Source of the DNA: the human T2T-CHM13v2.0 reference genome, Homo sapiens
Assembly (NCBI RefSeq): GCF_009914755.1
Contig: NC_060948.1
Length of the DNA: 64,000 bases
Direction: 5' to 3' (one strand)
Below are positions 14,274-28,453 of this stretch, piece by piece; positions within the stretch are counted from its first letter, which is position 1, and each line of letters begins with the position of its first letter. The position numbers and the translations under genes were made by a program. The notes beneath the pieces were generated by a model. That model was not told the origin of the DNA. It was given only the letters and a program-made list of their open reading frames with translations, and did no database searches.

Positions 14274-17200
14274 ATGGAATGGGAACGAATGGAATGGAAT
14301 GGAAAGGAATGGAATCGAATGGAAAGGAATCGAATGGAAGGGAATGAAATTGAATCAACAGGAATGGAAGGGAGTAGAATAGACGGTAATGGAATGGACT
14401 CGAATAGAATGGACACGAATGCTCAAATTGAATGGACTCGAATGGAATGGCAACGAAAGGAATGTCATCGAATGGAATTGAATCGATTGGAATGAAATCA
14501 CATAGAATGGAGTGGAATCAAATGGAATTGAATCGAAAGGAAAGGAAGCGAATGGACTGAAATGAAATGGAATGGAATTGAATGGAAATTAATGCAATGG
14601 AATAGAATGGAACGAAATTTCACGGAATGGAATCAAACTGAATGGAATCAAATCAATGGAATATAATCAAATGGAATGGAAAGGAATTGAATGGAGTAGA
14701 TTGAATTGGATGGGATTGGAATGAAATGTACTGGAAAGGACTCGAATTTCATGAAACGGAATGGAATGAATTAGAACGGAATGGACTCGAATGGAATGGA
14801 ATGTCATGGAATGGCATCAAATGGAATGGAATCGAATGCGATGGAATGCTATGGAATGGAATGGAATGCATTGGAGTGGAATGTCCTCTAATGGAATGTA
14901 TTCGAGTGGAATGGAATCGAATATAATGGAGTCTAATGAAATGGAATTGAAAGGAATGGGACCGAATACAATGGAATATACTGGAATGTAATGTAATGAA
15001 CTCGAATGTAATTGACTGGAATGGAATGTACATGAATGGAATGTAATCTAATGGAAAGCAATCCAATGGAATAGAATCTAATGCAATAAAATCGACTCAA
15101 ATAGAGTAGAATGTAATGGAATGGAGTGCAGTGCAATGGAATGGAATGGAATGGAATGCAATGGAATGGAATGGAATGGAATGGGATGGAATGGTATGGA
15201 ATGGATAGTAATGGACTGGAGTGAAATGGACTGGAAAAGAATGGACTCAAATTGAAAGGGCTCGAAAGGAATGGAGTCAAATGGAATGGTCTGGAATGGA
15301 ATGAACACGAATGTAATGCAATCCAATAAATGGAATCGAATGGCATGGAATATAAAGAAATGGAATCGAAGAGAATGGAAACAAATGGAATGGAATTGAA
15401 TGGAATGGAATTGAATGGAATGGGAACGAATGGAGTGAAATTGTATGCAGTAGAAGAGAATAGAATGGAATGCAAGCGAAAGGAAAGGAATGGATTGGAA
15501 TGGAATGGAATTCATTGGAATGGAAGGGAATGTAGTGTAATGGACAGGCCTGGAATAAAGTGGAATGCTACGGTCTCGAATGGAATAAAAATGTATGGAA
15601 CGGAATGCAATGAAACGGAATCGAATGTCATAGAATGTAATGGAATGCAAAAAAATGGACTCCAAAATCATTGACTGGAAAGGGTGGGTGTCGAAAGGAA
15701 TTGACTCCAATGGAATGGAATCGAATGGAATGGAAGTGAATAGAATGGAACTAAATCGAATGGAATGGAATTGATAGGAACGGAATGGAAAGGAATGCAA
15801 TGATTTGGCATGGAATGGAATCGAATGGCATCGAATGGAATGGAATGGAATGCAATGGAATGGAATGTATTAGAATGTAATGAACTTTAATGGAATGTAC
15901 TCGAATGGATTCGACTGGAATGGAATGTTCTCGAAGTGAATGGACTCCAATGGAATGGATTCGAAAGGAATGGAATCTAATGGAATGGAATTAAATGGAA
16001 ATGAATCAAATTGAATAGAACGGAATTGAATTGAATGGAATCGAATGCAATGGAATCTAATGAAACGGAAAGGAAAGGAATGGAATGGATTGGAATGGAA
16101 TGGGCTGGAATGGAATGGAATCGAAACGAATGGAATGGAATCGAAGTGAAGAGACTGGAATGGAATGCACTGGAATGGAAGGGAATGTAATGGAAGGTTC
16201 TCGAAAAAAATGGAATCGAAAGGAATGGAATTGAATGGAACGGAATAGAGTCGAATGGAGTTCAATGGAATGGAATGGACTAGAGTGAAATGAAATCGAA
16301 CCACAAGGAATGGACAGGAATAGAATGGTCTCGAATTGAATGGAATCGTATGGAATGGCATCAAACGGAATGGAATGGACGGCCACGGAATGGAATGCAC
16401 TCGAATGCAATGGAGTCGAAACTAATGGACTGGAATAGAATGGACTCGACTGGTACGGACTCCAATGGAATGGAATCGAATGGAAGGGAATCGAACGGAA
16501 TGGACTCGAAGGGAAAAGACTGCAATGGAAAGGTCTCGAATGGAATGGAAATTAATGGAATGGAATGGAATCGAATGAAATGGAGTCAAAAGGAATGGAA
16601 TCGAATGGCAAGAAATCGAATGTAATGGAATCGCAAGGAATTGATGTGAACGGAACGGAATGGAATGGAATCCAAAGGAATGGAATAGAATGGAATGGAA
16701 TCGAATGGAAAGGACTCGAATGGAAATCACTCGAATAGAATGCAATTTAATAAAATAGGATCAAATGTAATGGAATGGAATGGAAAGGAATAGAAACGAA
16801 AGGAATGGAGACAGATGGAATGGAATGGAACAGAGAGCAATGGTATAGAATGGAATGGAATCATCTGGAATGGAATTGAATGGAATGGAATAATATGAAA
16901 TGGAATGGAATGGAATGGAATGCCCTTGAATTAAATGGACTGGAATGGAATGGACTCGAACAGAGTGGAATGGAAAGTGTTGAAATAGAATGGAATGGAC
17001 TCGTTTGGAATGGTCTAGTATGCAATGCAATAGACTGGCAGGGAATCAAAAGGAATGTAATCGAATGGATTGGACTGGAATGCAATGGACTCGAATAGAT
17101 TGGAAACGGAAAGCAAAGGAATGGAATGGAATAGTATGGAATGGAATGCAAAGGAATGGAGTGGAATAGACTAGAGTGGAATGGAATGGACTCGAAAGCA

Positions 17201-17801
17201 ATGGACTGGAATGGAACTTTCTTGAATGGACTGGAATCAAACGGAATGGAATGCAATGCAATCAAATGGCATGGAATAAAATAGAATGAAAGAGAATCAA
17301 ATGGAATTGAATCGAATGGAATCGAATGGATTGGAAAGGAATAGAATGGAATGGAATGGAATTGACTCAAATGGAATGGACTAGAATGGAATGGATTCGA
17401 ATGGAAGGCAAAGGAATGGAATCTATTGGAATGGACTCTAATGGAATGGAATGGAAGGGATTGGAATGGACTCGAATGGAATGGACTGCAGTAGAAAGGA
17501 TTCGAATGGAATGAAAAAGAATTGAATGGAATAGAACAGAATGGAATCAAATCGAATGAAATGGAATGGAATAGAAAGGAATGGAATGAAATGGAACGGA
17601 AAGGATTCGAATGGAATGCAATCGAATGGAATGCAATCGAATGGAATGGAATCGAACGGAATGGAATAAAATGGAAGAAAACTGGCAAGAAATGGAATCG
17701 AAATGAATGGAGTGTTATGGAACGGACTCAAAAGGAATTGAATGTAATAGAATGGAGTGGAGTGGACTCGAATATAATGGACTAGAATGGAATGAAATCA
17801 C
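14274..17801 (+). repeat. DYZ1 unit U5 (3528 bp)
   Basis: Anchor spacing; 1-bp deletion near 15328, single copy of the 20-mer, extra GGCC at 16381. Confidence 0.88.
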
Positions 17802-20800
17802 ATGGAATGGGATCGAATGGAATGGAATGGAAAGGAATGGAATCGAATGGAAAGGAATCGAATGGAAGGGAATGAAATTGAATCAACAGGAATGGAAGGG
17901 AGTAGAATAGACGGTAATGGAATGGACTCGAATAGAATGGACACGAATGCTCAAATTGAATGGACTCGAATGGAATGGCAACGAAAGGAATGTCATCGAA
18001 TGGAATTGAATCGATTGGAATGAAATCACATAGAATGGAGTGGAATCAAATGGAATTGAATCGAAAGGAAAGGAAGCGAATGGACTGAAATGAAATGGAA
18101 TGGAATTGAATGGAAATTAATGCAATGGAATAGAATGGAACGAAATTTCACGGAATGGAATCAAACTGAATGGAATCAAATCAATGGAATATAATCAAAT
18201 GGAATGGAAAGGAATTGAATGGAGTAGATTGAATTGGATGGGATTGGAATGAAATGTACTGGAAAGGACTCGAATTTCATGAAACGGAATGGAATGAATT
18301 AGAACGGAATGGACTCGAATGGAATGGAATGTCATGGAATGGCATCAAATGGAATGGAATCGAATGCGATGGAATGCTATGGAATGGAATGGAATGCATT
18401 GGAGTGGAATGTCCTCTAATGGAATGTATTCGAGTGGAATGGAATCGAATATAATGGAGTCTAATGAAATGGAATTGAAAGGAATGGGACCGAATACAAT
18501 GGAATATACTGGAATGTAATGTAATGAACTCGAATGTAATTGACTGGAATGGAATGTACATGAATGGAATGTAATCGAATGGAAAGCAATCCAATGGAAT
18601 AGAATCTAATGCAATAAAATCGACTCAAATAGAGTAGAATGTAATGGAATGGAGTGCAGTGCAATGGAATGGAATGGAATGGAATGCAATGGAATGGAAT
18701 GGAATGTAATGGGATGGAATGGTATGGAATGGATAGTAATGGACTGGAGTGAAATGGACTGGAAAAGAATGGACTCAAATTGAAAGGGCTCGAAAGGAAT
18801 GGAGTCAAATGGAATGGTCTGGAATGGAATGAACACGAATGTAATGCAATCCAATAGAATGGAATCGAATGGCATGGAATATAAAGAAATGGAATCGAAG
18901 AGAATGGAAACAAATGGAATGGAATTGAATGGAATGGAATTGAATGGAATGGGAACGAATGGAGTGAAATTGTATGCAGTAGAAGAGAATAGAATGGAAT
19001 GCAAGCGAAAGGAAAGGAATGGATTGGAATGGAATGGAATTCATTGGAATGGAAGGGAATGTAGTGTAATGGACAGGCCTGGAATAAAGTGGAATGCTAC
19101 GGTCTCGAATGGAATAAAAATGTATGGAACGGAATGCAATGAAACGGAATCGAATGTCATAGAATGTAATGGAATGCAAAAAAATGGACTCCAAAATCAT
19201 TGACTGGAAAGGCTGGGTGTCGAAAGGAATTGACTCCAATGGAATGGAATCGAATGGAATGGAAGTGAATAGAATCGAACTAAATCGAATGGAATGGAAT
19301 TGATAGGAACGGAATGGAAAGGAATGCAATGATTTGGCATGGAATGGAATCGAATGGCATCGAATGGAATGGAATGGAATGCAATGGAATGGAATGTATT
19401 AGAATGTAATGAACTTTAATGGAATGTACTCGAATGGATTCGACTGGAATGGAATGTTCTCGAAGTGAATGGACTCCAATGGAATGGATTCGAAAGGAAT
19501 GGAATCTAATGGAATGGAATTAAATGGAAATGAATCAAATTGAATAGAACGGAATTGAATTGAATGGAATCGAATGCAATGGAATCTAATGAAACGGAAA
19601 GGAAAGGAATGGAATGGATTGGAATGGAATGGGCTGGAATGGAATGGAATCGAAACGAATGGAATGGAATCGAACTGAAGAGACTGGAATGGAATGCACT
19701 GGAATGGAAGGGAATGTAATGGAAGGTTCTCGAAAAAAATGGAATCGAAAGGAATGGAATTGAATGGAACGGAATAGAGTCGAATGGAATTGAATGGAAT
19801 GGAATGGACTAGAGTGAAATGGAATCGAACCACAAGGAATGGACAGGAATAGAATGGTCTCGAATTGAATGGAATCGTATGGAATGGCATCAAACGGAAT
19901 GGAATGGACAGCCACGGAATGGAATGGACACCCACGGAATGGAATGCACTCGAATGCAATGGAGTCGACACTAATGGACTGGAATAGAATGGACTCGACT
20001 GGTACGGACTCCAATGGAATGGAATCGAATGGAAGGGAATCGAAAGGAATGGACTCGAAGGGAAAAGACTGCAATGGAAAGGTCTCCAATGGAATGGAAA
20101 TTAATGGAATGGGATGGAATCGAATGAAATGGAGTCAAAAGGAATGGAATCGAATGGCAAGAAATCGAATGTAATGGAATCGCAAGGAATTGATGTGAAC
20201 GGAACGGAATGGAATGGAATCCAAAGGAATGGAATAGAATGGAATGGAATCGAATGGAAAGGACTCGAATGGAAATCACTCGAATAGAATGCAATTTAAT
20301 AAAATAGGATCAAATGTAATGGAATGGAATGGAAAGGAATAGAAACGAAAGGAATGGAGACAGATGGAATGGAATGGAACAGAGAGCAATGGTATAGAAT
20401 GGGATGGAATCATCTGGAATGGAATTGAATGGAATGGAATAATATGAAATGGAATGGAATTTAATGGAATGGAATGCCCTTGTATTAAATGGACTGGAAT
20501 GGAATGGACTCGAACAGAGTGGAATGGAAAGTGTTGAAATAGAATGGAATGGACTCGTTTGGAATGGTCTAGTATGCAATGCAATCGACTGGCAGGGAAT
20601 CAAAAGGAATGTAATCGAATGGATTGGACTGGAATGCAATGGACTCGAATAGATTGGAAACGGAAAGCAAAGGAATGGAATGGAATAGTATGGAATGGAA
20701 TGGAAAGGAATGGGGAGGAATAGACTAGAGTGGAATGGAATGGACTCGAAAGCAATGGACTGGAATGGAACTTTCTTGAATGGACTGGAATCAAAGGGAA

Positions 20801-21355
20801 TGGAATGCAATGCAATCAAATGGCATGGAATAAAATAGAATGAAAGAGAATCAAATGGAATTGAATCGAATGGAATCGAATGGATTGGAAAGGAATAGAA
20901 TGGAATGGAATGGAATTGACTCAAATGGAATGGACTAGAATGGAATGGATTCGAATGGAAGGCAAAGGAATGGAATCTATTGGAATGGACTGTAATGGAA
21001 TGGAATGGAAGGGATTGGAATGGACTCGAATGGAATGGACTGCAATAGAAAGGATTCGAATGGAATGAAAAAGAATTGAATGGAATAGAACAGAATGGAA
21101 TCAAATCGAATGAAATGGAATGGAATAGAAAGGAATGGAATGAAATGGAATGGAAAGGATTCGAATGGAATGCAATCGAATGGAATGAAATCGAATGGAA
21201 TGGAATCGAACGGAATGGAATAAAATGGAAGAAAACTGGCAAGAAATGGAGTCGAAATGAATGGAGTGTTATGGAACGGACTCAAAAGGAATTGAATGTA
21301 ATAGAATGGAGTGGAGTGGACTCGAATATAATGGACTGGAATGGAATGAAATCAC
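17802..21355 (+). repeat. DYZ1 unit U6 (3554 bp)
   Basis: Anchor spacing; closely resembles U1. Confidence 0.88.
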
Positions 21356-24300
21356 ATGGAATGGGAACGAATGGAATGGAATGGAAAGGAATGGAATCGA
21401 ATGGAAAGGAATCGAATGGAAGGGAATGAAATTGAATCAACAGGAATGGAAGGGAGTAGAATAGACGGTAATGGAATGGACTCGAATAGAATGGACACGA
21501 ATGCTCAAATTGAATGGACTCGAATGGAATGGAAACGAAAGGAATGTCATCGAATGGAATTGAATCGATTGGAATGAAATCACATAGAATGGAGTGGAAT
21601 CAAATGGAATTGAATCGAAAGGAAAGGAAGCGAATGGACTGAAATGAAATGGAATGGAATTGAATGGAAATTAATGCAATGGAATAGAATGGAACGAAAT
21701 TTCACGGAATGGAATCAAACTGAATGGAATCAAATCAATGGAATATAATCAAATGGAATGGAAAGGAATTGAATGGAGTAGATTGGATTGGATGGGATTG
21801 GAATGAAATGTACTGGAAAGGACTCGAATTTCATGAAACGGAATGGAATGAATTAGAACGGAATGGACTCGAATGGAATGGAATGTCATGGAATGGCATC
21901 AAATGGAATGGAATCGAATGCGATGGAATGCTATGGAATGGAATGGAATGCATTGGAATGGAATGTCCTCTAATGGAATGTATTCGAGTGGAATGGAATC
22001 GAATATAATGGAGTCTAATGAAAGGGAATTGAAAGGAGTGGGACCGAATACAATGGAATATACTGGAATGTAATGTAATGAACTCGAATGTAATTGACTG
22101 GAATGGAATGTACATGAATGGAATGTAATCGAATGGAAAGCAATCCAATGGAATAGAATCTAATGCAATAAAATGGACTCAAATAGAGTAGAATGTAATG
22201 GAATGGAGTGCAGTGCAATGGAATGGAATGGAATGGAATGCAATGGAATGGAATGGAATGGGATGGAATGGTATGGAATGGATAGTAATGGACTGGAGTG
22301 AAATGGACTGGAAAAGAATGGACTCAAATTGAAAGGGCTCGAAAGGAATGGAGTCAAATGGAATGGTCTGGAATGGAATGAACATGAATGTAATGCAATC
22401 CAATAGAATGGAATCGAATGGCATGGAATATAAAGAAATGGAATCGAAGAGAATGGAAACAAATGGAATGGAATTGAATGGAATGGAATTGAATGGAATG
22501 GGAACGAATGGAGTGAAATTGTATGCAGTAGAAGAGAATAGAATGGAATGCAAGCGAAAGGAAAGGAATGGATTGGAATGGAATGGAATTCATTGGAATG
22601 GAAGGGAATGTAGTGTAATGGACAGGCCTGGAATAAAGTGGAATGCTACGGTCTCGAATGGAATAAAAATGTATGGAATGGAATGCAATGAAACGGAATC
22701 GAATGTCATAGAATGTAATGGAATGTAAAAAAATGGAATCCAAAATCATTGACTGGAAAGGCTGGGTGTCGAAAGGAATTGACTCCAATGGAATGGAATC
22801 GAATGGAATGGAAGTGAATAGAATCGAACTAAATCGAATGGAATGGAATTGATAGGAACGGAATGGAAAGGAATGCAATGATTTGGCATGGAATGGAATC
22901 GAATGGCATCGAATGGAATGGAATGGAATGCAATGGAATGGAATGTATTAGAATGTAATGAACTTTAATGGAATGTACTCGAATGGATTCGACTGGAATG
23001 GAATGTTCTCGAAGTGAATGGACTCCAATGGAATGGATTCGAAAGGAATGGAATCTAATGGAATGGAATTAAATGGAAATGAATCAAATTGAATAGAACG
23101 GAATTGAATTGAATGGAATCGAATGCAATGGAATCTAATGAAACGGAAAGGAAAGGAATGGAATGGATTGGAATGGAATGGGCTGGAATGGAATGGAATC
23201 GAAACGAATGGAATGGAATCGAACTGAAGAGACTGGAATGGAATGCACTGGAATGGAAGGGAATGTAATGGAAGGTTCTCGAAAAAAATGGAATCGAAAG
23301 GAATGGAATTGAATGGAACGGAATAGAGTCGAATGGAATTCAATGGAATGGAATGGACTAGAGTGAAATGGAATCGAACCACAAGGAATGGACAGGAATA
23401 GAATGGTCTCGAATTGAATGGAATCGTATGGAATGGCATCAAACGGAATGGAATGGACAGCCACGGAATGGAATGGACACCCACGGAATGGAATGCACTC
23501 GAATGCAATGGAGTCGACACTAATGGACTGGAATAGAATGGACACGACTGGTACGGACTCCAATGGAATGGAATCGAATGGAAGGGAATCGAACGGAATG
23601 GACTCGAAGGGAAAAGACTGCAATGGAAAGGTCTCCAATGGAATGGAAATTAATGGAATGGAATGGAATCGAACGAAATGGAGTCAAAAGGAATGGAATC
23701 GAATGGCAAGAAATCGAATGTAATGGAATCGCATGGAATTGATGTGAACGGAACGGAATGGAATGGAATCCAAAGGAATGGAATAGAATGGAATGGAATC
23801 GAATGGAAAGGACTCGAATGGAAATCACTCGAATAGAATGCAATTTAATAAAATAGGATCAAATGTAATGGAATGGAATGGAAAGGAATCGAAACGAAAG
23901 GAAAGGAGACAGATGGAATGGAATGGAACAGAGAGCAATGGTATAGAATGGAATGGAATCATCTGGAATGGAATTGAATGGAATGGAATAATATGAAATG
24001 GAATGGAATTTAATGGAATGGAATGCCCTTGTATTAAATGGACTGGAATGGAATGGACTCGAACAGAGTGGAATGGAAAGTGTTGAAATAGAATGGAATG
24101 GACTCGTTTGGAATGGTCTAGTATGCAATGCAATCGACTGGCAGGGAATCAAAAGGAATGTAATCGAATGGATTGGACTGGAATGCAATGGACTCGAATA
24201 GATTGGAAACGGAAAGCAAAGGAATGGAATGGAATAGTATGGAATGGAATGGAAAGGAATGGAGAGGAATAGACTAGAGTGGAATGGAATGGACTCGAAA

Positions 24301-24904
24301 GCAATGGACTGGAATGGAACTTTCTTGAATGGACTGGAATCAAAGGGAATGGAATGCAATGCAATCAAATGGCATGGAATAAAATAGAATGAAAGAGAAT
24401 CAAATGGAATTGAATCGAATGGAATCGAATGGATTGGAAAGGAATAGAATGGAATGGAATGGAATTGACTCAAATGGAATGGACTAGAATGGAATGGATT
24501 CGAATGGAAGGCAAAGGAATGGAATCTATTGGAATGGACTGTAATGGAATGGAATGGAAGGGATTGGAATGGACTCGAATGGAATGGACTGCAATAGAAA
24601 GGATTCGAATGGAATGAAAAAGAATTGAATGGAATAGAACAGAATGGAATCAAATCGAATGAAATGGAATGGAATAGAAAGGAATGGAATGAAATGGAAT
24701 GGAAAGGATTCGAATGGAATGCAATCGAATGGAATGAAATCGAATGGAATGGAATCGAACGGAATGGAATAAAATGGAAGAAAACTGGCAAGAAATGGAG
24801 TCGAAATGAATGGAGTGTTATGGAACGGACTCAAAAGGAATTGAATGTAATAGAATGGAGTGGAGTGGACTCGAATATAATGGACTGGAATGGAATGAAA
24901 TCAC
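21356..24904 (+). repeat. DYZ1 unit U7 (3549 bp)
   Basis: Anchor spacing; shortest variable GGAAT tract (3 copies) at ~22245. Confidence 0.88.
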
Positions 24905-27900
24905 ATGGAATGGGAACGAATGGAATGGAATGGAAAGGAATGGAATCGAATGGAAAGGAATCGAATGGAAGGGAATGAAATTGAATCAACAGGAATGGAA
25001 GGGAGTAGAATAGACGGTAATGGAATGGACTCGAATAGAATGGACACGAATGCTCAAATTGAATGGACTCGAATGGAATGGAAACGAAAGGAATGTCATC
25101 GAATGGAATTGAATCGATTGGAATGAAATCACATAGAATGGAGTGGAATCAAATGGAATTGAATCGAAAGGAAAGGAAGCGAATGGACTGAAATGAAATG
25201 GAATGGAATTGAATTGAAATTAATGCAATGGAATAGAATGGAACGAAATTTCACGGAATGGAATCAAACTGAATGGAATCAAATCAATGGAATATAATCA
25301 AATGGAATGGAAAGGAATTGAATGGAGTAGATTGGATTGGATGGGATTGGAATGAAATGTACTGGAAAGGACTCGAATTTCATGAAACGGAATGGAATGA
25401 ATTAGAACGGAATGGACTCGAATGGAATGGAATGTCATGGAATGGCATCAAATGGAATGGAATCGAATGCCATGGAATGCTATGGAATGGAATGGAATGC
25501 ATTGGAATGGAATGTCCTCTAATGGAATGTATTCGAGTGGAATGGAATCGAATATAATGGAGTCTAATGAAAGGGAATTGAAAGGAATGGGACCGAATAC
25601 AATGGAATATACTGGAATGTAATGTAATGAACTCGAATGTAATTGACTGGAATGGAATGTACATGAATGGAATGTAATCGAATGGAAAGCAATCCAATGG
25701 AATAGAATCTAATGCAATAAAATGGACTCAAATAGAGTAGAATGTAATGGAATGGAGTGCAGTGCAATGGAATGGAATGGAATGGAATGCAATGGAATGG
25801 AATGGAATGGAATGGAATGGAATGGAATGGGATGGAATGGTATGGAATGGATAGTAATGGACTGGAGTGAAATGGACTGGAAAAGAAGGGACTCAAATTG
25901 AAAGGGCTCGAAAGGAATGGAGTCAAATGGAATGGTCTGGAATGGAATGAACACGAATGTAATGCAATCCAATAGAATGGAATCGAATGGCATGGAATAT
26001 AAAGAAATGGAATCGAAGAGAATGGAAACAAATGGAATGGAATTGAATGGAATGGAATTGAATGGAATGGGAACGAATGGAGTGAAATTGTATGCAGTAG
26101 AAGAGAATAGAATGGAATGCAAGCGAAAGGAAAGGAATGGATTGGAATGGAATGGAATTCATTGGAATGGAAGGGAATGTAGTGTAATGGACAGGCCTGG
26201 AATAAAGTGGAATGCTACGGTCTCGAATGGAATAAAAATGTATGGAATGGAATGCAATGAAACGGAATCGAATGTCATAGAATGTAATGGAATGCAAAAA
26301 AATGGACTCCAAAATCATTGACTGGAAAGGCTGGGTGTCGAAAGGAATTGACTCCAATGGAATGGAATCGAATGGAATGGAAGTGAATAGAATGGAACTA
26401 AATCGAATGGAATGGAATTGATAGGAACGGAATGGAAAGGAATGCAATGATTTGGCATGGAATGGAATCGAATGGCATCGAATGGAATGGAATGGAATGC
26501 AATGGAATGGAATGTATTAGAATGTAATGAACTTTAATGGAATGTACTCGAATGGATTCGACTGGAATGGAATGTTCTCGAAGTGAATGGACTCCAATGG
26601 AATGGATTCGAAAGGAATGGAATCTAATGGAATGGAATTAAATGGAAATGAATCAAATTGAATAGAACGGAATTGAATTGAATGGAATCGAATGCAATGG
26701 AATCTAATGAAACGGAAAGGAAAGGAATGGAATGGATTGGAATGGAATGGGCTGGAATGGAATGGAATCGAAACGAATGGAATGGAATCGAACTGAAGAG
26801 ACTGGAATGGAATGCACTGGAATGGAAGGGAATGTAATGGAAGGTTCTCGAAAAAAATGGAATCGAAAGGAATGGAATTGAATGGAACGGAATAGAGTCG
26901 AATGGAGTTCAATGGAATGGAATGGACTAGAGTGAAATGGAATCGAACCACAAGGAATGGACAGGAATAGAATGGTCTCGAATTGAATGGAATCGTATGG
27001 AATGGCATCAAACGGAATGGAATGGACAGCCACGGAATGGAATGGACACCCACGGAATGGAATGCACTCGAATGCAATGGAGTCGACACTAATGGACTGG
27101 AATAGAATGGACTCGACTGGTACGGACTCCAATGGAATGGAATCGAATGGAAGGGAATCGAACGGAATGGACTCGAAGGGAAAAGACTGCAATGGAAAGG
27201 TCTCCAATGGAATGGAAATTAATGGAATGGAATGGAATCGAATGAAATGGAGTCAAAAGGAATGGAATCGAATGGCAAGAAATCGAATGTAATGGAATCG
27301 CAAGGAATTGATGTGAACGGAACGGAATGGAATGGAATCCAAAGGAATGGAATAGAATGGAATGGAATCGAATGGAAAGGACTCGAATGGAAATCACTCG
27401 AATAGAATGCAATTTAATAAAATAGGATCAAATGTAATGGAATGGAATGGAAAGGAATCGAAACGAAAGGAATGGAGACAGATGGAATGGAATGGAACAG
27501 AGAGCAATGGTATAGAATGGAATGGAATCATCTGGAATGGAATTGAATGGAATGGAATAATATGAAATGGAATGGAATGGAATGGAATGTCCTTGAATTA
27601 AATGGACTGGAATGGAATGGACTCGAACAGAGTGGAATGGAAAGTGTTGAAATAGAATGGAATGGACTCGTTTGGAATGGTCTAGTATGCAATGCAATCG
27701 ACTGGCAGGGAATCAAAAGGAATGTAATCGAATGGATTGGACTGGAATGCAATGGACTCGAATAGATTGGAAACGGAAAGCAAAGGAATGGAATGGAATA
27801 GTATGGAATGGAATGGAAAGGAATGGAGAGGAATAGACTAGAGTGGAATGGAATGGACTGGAAAGCAATGGACTGGAATGGAACTTTCTTGAATGGACTG

Positions 27901-28453
27901 GAATCAAACGGAATGGAATGCAATGCAATCAAATGGCATGGAATAAAATAGAATGAAAGAGAATCAAATGGAATTGAATCGAATGGAATCGAATGGATTG
28001 GAAAGGAATAGAATGGAATGGAATGGAATTGACTCAAATGGAATGGACTAGAATGGAATGGATTCGAATGGAAGGCAAAGGAATGGAATCTATTGGAATG
28101 GACTGTAATGGAATGGAATGGAAAGGATTTGAATGGACTGCAATAGAAAGGATTCGAATGGAATGAAAAAGAATTGAATGGAATAGAACAGAATGGAATC
28201 AAATCGAATGAAATGGAATGGAATAGAAAGGAATGGAATGAAATGGAATGGAAAGGATTCGAATGGAATGCAATCGAATGGAATGCAATCGAATGGAATG
28301 GAATCGAACGGAATGGAATAAAATGGAAGAAAACTGGCAAGAAATGGAGTCGAAATGAATGGAGTGTTATGGAACCGACTCAAAAGGAATTGAATGTAAT
28401 AGAATGGAGTGGAGTGGACTCGAATATAATGGACTGGAATGGAATGAAATCAC
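24905..28453 (+). repeat. DYZ1 unit U8 (3549 bp)
   Basis: Anchor spacing; longest variable GGAAT tract (7 copies) at 25794; 15-bp deletion near 28125. Confidence 0.88.
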
